Shown here: one piece after another, positions 1 to 7,811 of the stretch
Numbering within the stretch: position 1 is the stretch's first letter
Layout: the number at the start of each line of letters is the position of its first letter
Origin: an uncultured virus (IMG/VR IMGVR_UViG_3300037504_000379)
Lineage: Duplodnaviria; Heunggongvirae; Uroviricota; Caudoviricetes; Crassvirales
IMG/VR virus record: IMGVR_UViG_3300037504_000379
DNA length: 20,000 nucleotides
Direction: 5' to 3' (one strand)
The notes under the pieces: generated by a model
Seen by the model: only the letters and a program-made list of their open reading frames with translations
Database searches by the model: none
What the model was told of the DNA's origin: nothing
Position numbers and translations under genes: made by a program

Positions 1-2
1 CG

Positions 3-155
3 ACAGAAAATAATCCGTCAGGAGTATATTGGCAAATTAATACTTTAGAAGGAGTAATGACTGCTACTATAGGTGATTATATTATTAAAGGCGTAAACGG
101 GGAATTTTATCCTTGTAAACCAGATATATTTCATAAAACATATGAGAGAGTTTAG
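3..155 (+). CDS. 3' end of PGDYG-family phage protein (partial, starts upstream of window)
   Basis: Manual translation ...[39 protein letters not shown] matches the [20 protein letters not shown] signature of the PGDYG family. Confidence 0.85.
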   Translation, partial: TENNPSGVYWQINTLEGVMTATIGDYIIKGVNGEFYPCKPDIFHKTYERV

Positions 156-349
156 TTTGTGGATGTTTTTCTATATATGGGCTTAATTATACTATTCAGG
201 GGGTGTGTTCGTGCGCCTGAATCGTCAATCCGCAACCCCGCCCCCGTCTTTATTTTGAACTTTTATAGTATCTTTTTAATTTTTTGTATATTTGTAAAGC
301 AATCAGACAAATAAAGTACAAACTATAAACTAGCCAGGAGGACAAAATT

Positions 350-445
350 ATGACTCAGACAAAGAAACCAGGACAAATTGATAGCCTTAAAACCTGCATG
401 GCTAGGGCTGATAGTGCTAACATACTTCAAAAACTGGATAAATGA
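350..445 (+). CDS. small hypothetical protein (31 aa)
   Basis: ATG 350 preceded by AGGAGG; MTQTKKPGQIDSLKTCMARADSANILQKLDK*. Confidence 0.35.
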   Translation: MTQTKKPGQIDSLKTCMARADSANILQKLDK

Positions 446-572
446 AGTATGAGTATAATCAGACAAACAAAGAGTGTGTAATTTCTCACACTTTTATATA
501 TTTCTCTGCATTTGAAATAAATAATAGTGTTCCATTTTGAAACAATATTAAAACCTACTAAATCAAACTATC

Positions 573-1028
573 TTGCCAGTACAACCAATAAGATTATATG
601 AGCGTCTGTTTATATCCCTTCCGTTTGCCCTGGATAAGCTTTCTAATAATCATAATATCAATCAAACAAAACTTATTATATTAATGTGTATTAATAACGC
701 TTACAGGGCTAACAGCAAGATAAAACGCAAAGATATTATTCAAGTCTTACAGATTGATGCTATATATACTAGTAAAATGTTAGTGCAATTAAAGAAAGAT
801 GGTTATATTATACAGACGAATACTTATCTTTTAACAGGCAAAGGGACAAGACTTTTAAATACGTTCTCTGTTCTTACCAGTAATTATTTAACCAGGTTAG
901 AAAAGAATTCTATTTATTCCTTTGCGGATTATGCTAGTAAAAATACAAGAGTTAATTCATACAAGTATAAAAAGAAGAAAGGGATAATAAAAGAGCCTGA
1001 AAAGAGTAAATATAATAAGTTGTTGTAA
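573..1028 (+). CDS. MarR-like winged helix-turn-helix DNA-binding protein
   Basis: QTKLIILMCI...IKRKDIIQVLQIDAIYTSKMLVQLKKDGYI...YLLTGKG follows the wHTH/MarR pattern (L..L...GYI...LT.KG); TTG start uncertain. Confidence 0.6.
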   Translation: MPVQPIRLYERLFISLPFALDKLSNNHNINQTKLIILMCINNAYRANSKIKRKDIIQVLQIDAIYTSKMLVQLKKDGYIIQTNTYLLTGKGTRLLNTFSVLTSNYLTRLEKNSIYSFADYASKNTRVNSYKYKKKKGIIKEPEKSKYNKLL

Positions 1029-1142
1029 TATATATAGTGTTGTTTGTCCACAAAGAATAAAACCACCGGAATTTAATTGCCTTCCAAAACCCTTACTAAT
1101 CCTACAAAACTAAAATTAATTGTAAATTTTTTGGTCTAAAAC

Positions 1143-1173
1143 TTGACTAGTGTTATTTTTTTTACGTACTTTG
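1143..1173 (+). promoter_or_regulatory. putative early promoter
   Basis: TTGACT-N18-TACTTTG upstream of ORF 1212; same layout as 3823-3853. Confidence 0.45.
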
Positions 1174-1211
1174 TAAACAAGTTCAAACGTAAAATTTAAA
1201 ATTTATCAATT

Positions 1212-1415
1212 ATGAATTATCAATATCAAGTTATGCTGTTCAATGCGAACGAGTACAATAAAAGTTTAGATTGTTTAAGTATTGATACTTATTACACAAA
1301 CAAAAAAGATGAAGCAATTCAAACAGCAAAAACAGAGTGTAAAAAGCATAATTATGTAGCTGTTATCAGTGACTTAAAAAATAGAACGAAAAAGAATATT
1401 GTCATAAACCATTAA
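1212..1415 (+). CDS. hypothetical protein
   Basis: ORF track; A-rich ATTATG start context. Confidence 0.7.
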   Translation: MNYQYQVMLFNANEYNKSLDCLSIDTYYTNKKDEAIQTAKTECKKHNYVAVISDLKNRTKKNIVINH

Positions 1416-1426
1416 AATTTAAAGTT

Positions 1427-1645
1427 ATGAATTATCACAAAAAAGAACTAAACAAAGTTGATCCGTTGAATTCAGAGTATGCGCCTACCTTTAAGGTGAT
1501 GAACGAAAACGGAGAGTCAAAATGGATAGACTTAAAAACTGAAAGTGCAAAAGAACTGATTGTCTGGCTAGCTGAGAACTATTATGAGGCTTATGTATTA
1601 GCAAAAGATTATATTGAATCAGATAATTTTGAGTTAAATGTATAA
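1427..1645 (+). CDS. hypothetical protein
   Basis: ORF track; closely packed in operon. Confidence 0.75.
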   Translation: MNYHKKELNKVDPLNSEYAPTFKVMNENGESKWIDLKTESAKELIVWLAENYYEAYVLAKDYIESDNFELNV

Positions 1646-1841
1646 CCTCTATTCAACTGAAACAACAAAGGATGTTAAACGTATAATGTTTAACGTTGCT
1701 GAGGCAGAATACCGGACTAAACTTGTTCTTTTAAAATATAGAATTGAGCCGGATAAATTTAAACGAGCTGCTTCTCTTTTGTGGAGACTTGTATTAAATT
1801 ATTATAGTCCGCAAAAGGTAAAACCAACGAATTTATTTTAA
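1638..1841 (+). CDS. hypothetical protein, paralog of 3269..3424 (start may be ATG 1686)
   Basis: Duplicated at 3269-3424 with many synonymous changes. Confidence 0.7.
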   Translation: MYNLYSTETTKDVKRIMFNVAEAEYRTKLVLLKYRIEPDKFKRAASLLWRLVLNYYSPQKVKPTNLF

Positions 1842-1872
1842 ACACTTAAAACCCATTATTATGAAAACACAA
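1659..1872 (+). repeat. 214-bp direct repeat, copy 1
   Basis: Aligns without gaps to 3242-3455 (offset 1583); last ~75 bp identical. Confidence 0.95.
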
Positions 1873-1959
1873 ACAATTAAAAAAGACTTAGTAATTTACA
1901 AAATAGTAGCCTTTGCGCTTATTGTTGCGGCTACTACGTTTTTAATGATTGCCTTTTAA
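1861..1959 (+). CDS. small single-TM membrane peptide (32 aa)
   Basis: MKTQTIKKDLVIYKIVAFALIVAATTFLMIAF*; basic N-terminus plus hydrophobic stretch; ATTATG start. Confidence 0.6.
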   Translation: MKTQTIKKDLVIYKIVAFALIVAATTFLMIAF

Positions 1960-1996
1960 ACCATTCTAAACGGGGGTTCGATTCCTCCGTATGGTT
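1959..1996 (+). other. tRNA T-arm-like hairpin (not a full tRNA)
   Basis: CGGGGG-TTCGATT-CCTCCG stem-loop enclosed by AACCAT/ATGGTT. Confidence 0.6.
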
Positions 1997-2016
1997 CTAA
2001 CCAAAAACCAACGCTT

Positions 2017-2238
2017 ATGGATTACATTTATAAAAACAAGCCTAGAAAATCAAATAAGTTTGGAGCGATGAGTTTATATTATGACGGTATTTATTATTTC
2101 CCTTCTGATATAAAAGAATCTGACAAACGAAAAGACAAGCCTTTTGAAATACAAGGCGTTTATTATAGAGGTAAATGGTATCAAGATACTTTTTATATAA
2201 CAAATGAATTTAGGGAGTTTCTTTTAAATGCCCTATAA
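2017..2238 (+). CDS. hypothetical protein; stop codon lies in the TAAC box of the first attC-like site
   Basis: ORF track; TAA 2236-2238 is part of CTATAAC. Confidence 0.7.
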   Translation: MDYIYKNKPRKSNKFGAMSLYYDGIYYFPSDIKESDKRKDKPFEIQGVYYRGKWYQDTFYITNEFREFLLNAL

Positions 2239-2330
2239 CGGGCGAGTGTATGGCAATGTAAGCCACGCACTAAACTTTGAATTGAAACAATAACCTAACT
2301 GGCTTATTTGCTATACACATTGTTAGCAAC
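2233..2330 (+). repeat. attC-like site A1
   Basis: CTATAAC(2233) - arm GTGTATGGCAATGTAAGCCA (2246-2265) / arm TGGCTTATTTGCTATACAC (2300-2318) - GTTAGCAAC(2322). Confidence 0.8.
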
Positions 2331-2356
2331 TGGGCGGTTTTAAAAACGAAAATATT

Positions 2357-2650
2357 ATGATGTACGCAAGTAAAATAGAAGTAAAGTATGAGCCACAAAA
2401 AGTCAGATATCAACGAGAAGTAGAGCTACCCGATAGACTACTTACACTTGAAGATATAGGTAAGCACCTAAAGGAAGGTGAAAAGTTTGTATTCTTCCAA
2501 CGTGAAGAGGGTGGGCTTGGACTACCTGTTGATTACATAAGCATACATGGTTACAGGCTTGAAACTGATGAGGAAGTAAAAGCAAGGGTAGCGAAAGCAG
2601 AAAAGTATAACGAAAACTACGAGAAGTTTCATGCGAAGTACAGAAAGTAG
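2357..2650 (+). CDS. cassette-borne hypothetical protein
   Basis: ORF bracketed by GTTAGCAAC (2322-2330) and its complement GTTGCTAAC (2655-2663); C-terminal RLETDEEVKARVAK. Confidence 0.85.
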   Translation: MMYASKIEVKYEPQKVRYQREVELPDRLLTLEDIGKHLKEGEKFVFFQREEGGLGLPVDYISIHGYRLETDEEVKARVAKAEKYNENYEKFHAKYRK

Positions 2651-2654
2651 CCTT

Positions 2655-3146
2655 GTTGCTAACGGCACACAGCTATGAGTAGTGCGGGAATTACAGCACT
2701 GACTTTGATACGAGTATTAACCGCTCCCGCTTCTTTTTTAAGCGTGGGCATAAATATAAATAAAGATGAAAAAACAGATTACAGTAAAAGAAAGAAACAG
2801 TTGGGAAGGCGAAACATTTAATTATGTAATATATGTTATTCCCGAAGAAGAAAACCAAATTCGTGAAAAATGCGAGAAATATGGCGATGGTAGTTTAACG
2901 GTGCAAGAAACCAACTACACCGATGAAGAAATAAAAAAGATGAATGCAGCATCCAGCAACTTATATATGGACTTTATAGCACCGTATGAATTAAAGGGAA
3001 ACGCACTAAAAAAATGGGAAGAATTTGGTGATTGCTTTTACAAAGGTGTTGGTTTAACAAAATTAAAAGCGTTGGAAGAAAAAGAAGCACAGCACTAACC
3101 TTACTACGAGCTACGACACCCGCATTACTCATAGCTGGTGTTGTAG
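2655..3146 (+). repeat. attC-like site A2 whose loop contains a whole gene
   Basis: GTTGCTAAC - arm CAGCTATGAGTAGTGCGGG (2670-2688) / arm CCCGCATTACTCATAGCTG (3119-3137; 18/19 complementary) - GTTGTAG (3140). Confidence 0.8.
2766..3098 (+). CDS. hypothetical protein nested inside attC-like loop
   Basis: ORF track; flanked by GCAC-N9-TACGAG direct repeats at 2693-2714 and 3089-3110. Confidence 0.85.
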   Translation: MKKQITVKERNSWEGETFNYVIYVIPEEENQIREKCEKYGDGSLTVQETNYTDEEIKKMNAASSNLYMDFIAPYELKGNALKKWEEFGDCFYKGVGLTKLKALEEKEAQH

Positions 3147-3168
3147 CATCGTTTTAATGTACTACAAC
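3140..3168 (+). repeat. empty cassette palindrome with CGTTTTAATG loop
   Basis: GTTGTAG-CAT-CGTTTTAATG-TA-CTACAAC. Confidence 0.75.
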
Positions 3169-3241
3169 ATATGAATAAAGAAAGGTGTTTTTAAAATTGC
3201 GGTAAAATGAAACAGAAAATTATTGACAGAATAGAAGAAAC

Positions 3242-3455
3242 GAAACAACAAAGGACGTTAAACGTATAATGTTTAATGTTGCTGAAGCTGAATTTAACAG
3301 TAAGCTTGTTCTTTTAAAATATAGAATTCAACCGGATAAATTTAACAGAGCCGCCTCTCTTTTATGGAAACTTATATTTAATTATTATAGTCCGCAAAAG
3401 GTAAAACCAACGAATTTATTTTAAACACTTAAAACCCATTATTATGAAAACACAA
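3242..3455 (+). repeat. 214-bp direct repeat, copy 2
   Basis: Aligns to 1659-1872. Confidence 0.95.
3269..3424 (+). CDS. hypothetical protein (51 aa), paralog of 1638..1841
   Basis: MFNVAEAEFNSKLVLLKYRIQPDKFNRAASLLWKLIFNYYSPQKVKPTNLF*. Confidence 0.65.
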   Translation: MFNVAEAEFNSKLVLLKYRIQPDKFNRAASLLWKLIFNYYSPQKVKPTNLF

Positions 3456-3569
3456 TCTAAACAAACAACTATCCAGGTTATATTCTTGGCTGAATTTAAA
3501 ACAGTGATCCATGCAAAACGCTTTTATCTTTGCGGAGAGAAGTATAATCTAAGCTTCTATTTAAATTAA
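3444..3569 (+). CDS. small hypothetical protein (41 aa)
   Basis: MKTQSKQTTIQVIFLAEFKTVIHAKRFYLCGEKYNLSFYLN*; same start context as 1861. Confidence 0.55.
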   Translation: MKTQSKQTTIQVIFLAEFKTVIHAKRFYLCGEKYNLSFYLN

Positions 3570-3614
3570 TCCGCAAGTAAAAAAAACATTTATTAATTAA
3601 AAAACTTAATTATT

Positions 3615-3812
3615 ATGTATAGATATAGACTATATTCAACCGGGCACAACTCAAAAGTCTATGGGAATTGTGAGGTTTGCAAAAAACATGTTTCTGAAGT
3701 ATATATCCAGAATGAAGAAAAAATGTTTTTCATGGATGGGCAGGAATATTGGGCCCACAGTTCTATAGTTTTTGGCCATAAACAATGTTTGAGGAACATA
3801 CGGAAAAATTAA
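3615..3812 (+). CDS. small putative zinc-binding protein
   Basis: GNCEVCKKH ... FGHKQC: CxxC plus HxxC. Confidence 0.7.
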   Translation: MYRYRLYSTGHNSKVYGNCEVCKKHVSEVYIQNEEKMFFMDGQEYWAHSSIVFGHKQCLRNIRKN

Positions 3813-3822
3813 TGAAAAAAAT

Positions 3823-3853
3823 TTGACATTGTAAAAAATTTATCATTATTTTG
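3823..3853 (+). promoter_or_regulatory. putative promoter
   Basis: TTGACA-N18-TATTTTG upstream of ORF 3882. Confidence 0.5.
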
Positions 3854-3881
3854 AATTATAAAACTTTAAAACTTATTAGTT

Positions 3882-4559
3882 ATGAATACACAAGACTATC
3901 AAAGAACAGTAAAATTTAAGGATGACAATAATAATTTTGTCATTGCAGAAATAGAAGTAACTCATAGAAATGGTTATCCAGAGTTTACTATGAGTGGAGA
4001 ATACGAAGGAGCACACGGACAAGTTTTTGACCGTGTAAAGCCAGCCAAAACAAGTCAAAGAGAACTTATTGAGCTGTGGAATAAATGGCATATGGAACAA
4101 ATTAATGATCTTGGCTCCTTTGTGAAAAACTTAGATGCGTTACTAGACGACATTGAGGACGAACAAATAAGCAAACAAGTAACTGAAGAAGATTCAGAAT
4201 ATTTTGAATTATTTGATGAGCCGGAAACCGTTCACGCTCTTTCTCTAATGCTTGATTTGACTATTGAAGATATTGATACAATAGAAGAAGAAGGAGATAA
4301 TCGTTTCTCTATTGGTGGTATGGAATATCTTTGCGGCACTGGCGAGGAGATGGATGTATTATGGGATAAGGAGCTAGACCGTTGCTTAGAGGAAATTGTT
4401 TATCCCGATTTGCCTGACTATATGCAAATTTATTTTGATGATGAGGCTTGGAAAAGGGACGCGCGTATAGACGGCAGAGCACACATTTTAAATCGGTATG
4501 ATGGTTCAGAACTTAAATACAAACTAAATGATGTTTGGTATTTTGCATATAAACAATAA
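3882..4559 (+). CDS. highly acidic protein, possible ArdA-like antirestriction DNA mimic
   Basis: Very D/E-rich; C-terminal DLPDYMQIYFDDEAWKRD resembles the ArdA C-terminal 'LP..L..YFDYEA..RD' motif. Confidence 0.5.
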   Translation: MNTQDYQRTVKFKDDNNNFVIAEIEVTHRNGYPEFTMSGEYEGAHGQVFDRVKPAKTSQRELIELWNKWHMEQINDLGSFVKNLDALLDDIEDEQISKQVTEEDSEYFELFDEPETVHALSLMLDLTIEDIDTIEEEGDNRFSIGGMEYLCGTGEEMDVLWDKELDRCLEEIVYPDLPDYMQIYFDDEAWKRDARIDGRAHILNRYDGSELKYKLNDVWYFAYKQ

Positions 4560-4589
4560 AGGGTATTAATTTACCCTTTTCTTTCCTTT
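4558..4589 (+). terminator. intrinsic terminator
   Basis: AAAGGGTA-ttaatt-TACCCTTT followed by T-rich tract right after stop. Confidence 0.6.
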
Positions 4590-4643
4590 ATGGAAAATCC
4601 GCAAATAAGAAACAAAAATGTATAATCTTTAAATTTATAAATT

Positions 4644-4946
4644 ATGAAAACAATAAATTGGCACAATGCTAAAAACAATGAAAAAGGATATTACAAAGAT
4701 GATAACGGAAAAGTCTTTTATTTTAATCCTGCTAGCTATTTAAATTTTACAAGTGATAACGATCAGGATTCATATGATTTTTGGATGACAAATACAGGAA
4801 CTTTAGTAAGAGATAAAAACGATTATTTTGTTTTCTCAGAAATTGGCATTAAAGACGCTTTACGGGATGCAGCCGAACATGAAACTGATATTTCTAACCT
4901 GGCTAAGAAGATGAAAGAGTATGCAGACGAAGTTTTACACGATTAA
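4644..4946 (+). CDS. hypothetical protein
   Basis: ORF track; ATTATG start. Confidence 0.8.
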   Translation: MKTINWHNAKNNEKGYYKDDNGKVFYFNPASYLNFTSDNDQDSYDFWMTNTGTLVRDKNDYFVFSEIGIKDALRDAAEHETDISNLAKKMKEYADEVLHD

Positions 4947-5040
4947 CGGTCACAATCCGTATAAATTCAGAGTGGAACGGAGCGTAAAAAGCTCTTTTAA
5001 TGAAGCTAATTAAATGTTAAACTAAAAAATTAAATGCTTT

Positions 5041-5238
5041 ATGGAACGACAAAACAGACAATTAAAACAATTTCAAGAAAAGTGGCAACAGAATTATAAT
5101 GTTTCTTCAGAAGTAAGAAAAGCTATTGATTATTTTCTGTCTTTAAAAGCAGTCGGAGAAAGAAACGCCAGACAGAAAGTAGAAGAAAAAGGATATATTG
5201 TTCCTTTTGCCCTACTGAAAGATATGAATAAACTTTAA
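5041..5238 (+). CDS. hypothetical protein
   Basis: ORF track. Confidence 0.7.
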   Translation: MERQNRQLKQFQEKWQQNYNVSSEVRKAIDYFLSLKAVGERNARQKVEEKGYIVPFALLKDMNKL

Positions 5239-5286
5239 TTATCGCATATCGCAATATGAAATACTAACAGTTAAAATTTAGTGGTT

Positions 5287-5466
5287 ATGGAAACGATTGA
5301 GACAAAAGTGAAACAAATAACTGACATTAATCAGTTAGCAGCACAGAAAGAAATGTATATCAATGCAGGTTATAAAACCTGTAAAAGATATGAAAACCCA
5401 AGCTTAAAAGTAGTATTTAAACAACACTCTCCGTCTATACAAAAGACAGTGTATTTTAAGAAATAA
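5287..5466 (+). CDS. hypothetical protein
   Basis: ORF track; ATG 5287 (METIETK) preferred to GTG 5281. Confidence 0.65.
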   Translation: METIETKVKQITDINQLAAQKEMYINAGYKTCKRYENPSLKVVFKQHSPSIQKTVYFKK

Positions 5467-5477
5467 ACTTAGTAATT

Positions 5478-6530
5478 ATGGAAACAAAGGAATTGAGAAA
5501 GTTTTGCAAAAAAGCAAACAAATTAAAATCAACACTGCCAATAACAGACAATGTATTGATAAGTAAAGGGCAATTAATTGTAACAGACCTAAAACATTTT
5601 ATTGTTTATAATCCGCCCGAAATTGACCCAGACATTAAATGCTTAATCAATTTTAAAACGTTTAAAAAGATTGTTGACAAGGTAAAAACTGTTGATATTA
5701 TTCCTGGTGATACGGTAGAGCTGGAAACAGATAAAGGAATATACAGCCTAAAACAAGATCAGGGCGTTAATGATTTTCCGGGTTTTCCGAATGATAAGAT
5801 GAGTAGAAAAGACATTTTGTCAACTGAGGATGTAAAGACAATCAAGAGAGCCGTTAATTATACGTCCAGCGATGAGCTGAGGCCAGTAATGGAATGTGTG
5901 TTAATTGATGGTAACTATGTTGTTGCTACAGATGCACACAAACTTCTATATAAGAAAAGGAAGGGAAACGGACATAAATTTTTAATTAATAAGCTTGTTG
6001 CTTCTCTTTTTGAGGATAAACAACATGAAGTTTTTGCAGATGACAAAGATCAATGGATAGGTATTTGGGATAATTTATACGAATATTGGTATATGCAAGA
6101 ACAAGGAACATACCCACAATGGAAAGCAGTTATTCCAGATACAAGTAGCGTTCCGGCTACAGTAAGAGTAAAGGGCAAAGATTTTAAAGAAGCCCTGGAA
6201 GCAGCCGAACCAGTTTTGCCCCCTATTCCAAAGATGAGAATGTATGGCAATGTAAAGCAAAACAAACTCAATCTTTACACCAAAGACCTGGATTTTGATG
6301 TTAGTTATAATACAAATATTTCGGCCAGGTGCAAAGGTGAAAGCATGGTGATTGGAATAAATCAAAATTTTATGCTTCAGATTTTGAAAACGGAGAAATA
6401 CGAAGAAGTAGAGATAAAAATGTTTAATCCAGACAAAGCAATGATTATTAATGATGAGTTATTGCTTATGCCTGTTATGCTTGAGGAAATGGACGAAGAA
6501 CCAACGCCAAATCAACTGGCTGAAGCATAA
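5478..6530 (+). CDS. dnaN: DNA polymerase III beta subunit (sliding clamp)-like protein
   Basis: 350 aa; LPITDNVLI, TDL, SSDELRPVMECV, VATDAHKL, YPQWKAVIP, IGINQNFML and terminal LLMPV correspond to beta-clamp conserved blocks. Confidence 0.85.
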   Translation: METKELRKFCKKANKLKSTLPITDNVLISKGQLIVTDLKHFIVYNPPEIDPDIKCLINFKTFKKIVDKVKTVDIIPGDTVELETDKGIYSLKQDQGVNDFPGFPNDKMSRKDILSTEDVKTIKRAVNYTSSDELRPVMECVLIDGNYVVATDAHKLLYKKRKGNGHKFLINKLVASLFEDKQHEVFADDKDQWIGIWDNLYEYWYMQEQGTYPQWKAVIPDTSSVPATVRVKGKDFKEALEAAEPVLPPIPKMRMYGNVKQNKLNLYTKDLDFDVSYNTNISARCKGESMVIGINQNFMLQILKTEKYEEVEIKMFNPDKAMIINDELLLMPVMLEEMDEEPTPNQLAEA

Positions 6531-6538
6531 ATAAATGT

Positions 6539-6581
6539 AGGGCTTATTATTGTCATATAAGACAATTTTAAGCCCTTTTTT
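6539..6581 (+). terminator. intrinsic terminator after clamp gene
   Basis: AGGGCTTA..ATTGTC-atataa-GACAAT..TAAGCCCT then TTTTT. Confidence 0.7.
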
Positions 6582-6856
6582 ATCTTTGTGGATGTTTACC
6601 CCTCCGCAAAGAATTAAAGCCCTAAAAAAGGCTAAAATATATATTCATTTTTGTAAAGATTGTCAAAAAAAATAAGCCTCAGGGGTTATAATGAGCGAAT
6701 ATAAGTCAATAGACTTATTAGTTTGTCACAAAAATAGGTTGTTAATGTGACAGACGTGAAAAATGATTATAAACCGTGAAAAACAATTATTTTGTCCCCT
6801 ATTTTGTGAATTTTAGGGACAAAACACTACAAAATTAATAGTAAAGTGCAAACATT

Positions 6857-7069
6857 ATGAAACAAGAAGATCAAGACAAATTAATTAAATTAAGCAGGAA
6901 AGCCGCTGATTTAGAAAGAAAGGCGAACATTGAAGGATACTTAGACGGGTTAAAGGTTGCATATAATATTTTAACTGTTAGGGAGAACAACGAGACAATA
7001 AAACTAATTAGAGAAGAAATTAAAAAAGTCAGAAAGGCTAATCCAGGAATAGAACCAACTATTAAATAA
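6857..7069 (+). CDS. hypothetical protein
   Basis: ORF track. Confidence 0.75.
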   Translation: MKQEDQDKLIKLSRKAADLERKANIEGYLDGLKVAYNILTVRENNETIKLIREEIKKVRKANPGIEPTIK

Positions 7070-7094
7070 ATACATCGAATTCGATGCTTTTAAA

Positions 7095-7283
7095 ATGAAA
7101 TACGAGAAGTTTAAAAACCAGTGTTTAAGAAAGAGACGCTACACATACAAACAAGCAGTAAACGAGCTTAAAAAGCTTAATAAGAACAAAACTGTATTTT
7201 ATATGTATGCCTGTCCTCTTTGCAGAAAATTCCATCTCACTAAACAAAGCAGATGTTTAAACAAACAAAATTTAACGCCATGA
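7095..7283 (+). CDS. small basic zinc-finger-like phage protein
   Basis: C..K.RY ... YACPLCRKFHLTK, a pattern common in small phage proteins. Confidence 0.7.
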   Translation: MKYEKFKNQCLRKRRYTYKQAVNELKKLNKNKTVFYMYACPLCRKFHLTKQSRCLNKQNLTP

Positions 7284-7462
7284 CACACAAACAAATTAAG
7301 TACAATGAAATTATCACGGCTATTAAGCAAGCCGAGACACAGGATCAGTTAGATGCTATAATTAGAAAGCATCCTGAGATTATCGTTAATACGCAAGTAA
7401 AACATTTTATTTACATGAAACGTAAAGAAATAATTAATAAGGAGGAGTTATGCGAATATTAA
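7280..7462 (+). CDS. hypothetical protein
   Basis: ATGA overlap with upstream stop favours start 7280 (MTHKQIK). Confidence 0.65.
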   Translation: MTHKQIKYNEIITAIKQAETQDQLDAIIRKHPEIIVNTQVKHFIYMKRKEIINKEELCEY

Positions 7463-7770
7463 TATTTATGTTGTTTGTTGTTATTCTTTCATTATCCACA
7501 AAGGCAGAAAACCCGCCAGAAAGCTATCAAATGTTTAAGGCAGAGTTTAAGAATATGCCTACGGAGACAGTGAAGAGATGGACACCGAAACAAAAAGCCA
7601 TACTGGGGGCTTCTGTTGGGGCTGCTGCCTTTATTGTTGCCGAAGTATTTTTTTACACTGGAGACATTAAGGGGTATAATAAAAGCCTTTTGATAGGAGC
7701 TGGAGTTCATATTGTAACACATATTATTTTACAAGTGACTCATAAGCCCTATAAATATTCATGTCATTGA
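7450..7770 (+). CDS. putative membrane protein with signal peptide
   Basis: Hydrophobic N-terminus and two further hydrophobic segments. Confidence 0.7.
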   Translation: MRILIFMLFVVILSLSTKAENPPESYQMFKAEFKNMPTETVKRWTPKQKAILGASVGAAAFIVAEVFFYTGDIKGYNKSLLIGAGVHIVTHIILQVTHKPYKYSCH

Positions 7771-7811
7771 AATGATTCCGGCAAAAGTTTGAAATTTTCA
7801 AAATTAATATT

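Noticed and set aside
1959..1996. Complete tRNA gene
   Set aside because: Only a T-arm is present; the upstream sequence is a coding ORF with no D or anticodon arm
1659..3455. Diversity-generating retroelement TR/VR pair
   Set aside because: Mismatches are not adenine-specific (e.g. T/C, C/T at third codon positions) and no reverse transcriptase is in the window
7492..7500. Perfect DnaA box TTATCCACA
   Set aside because: Single copy inside a coding sequence; plausible by chance in AT-rich DNA
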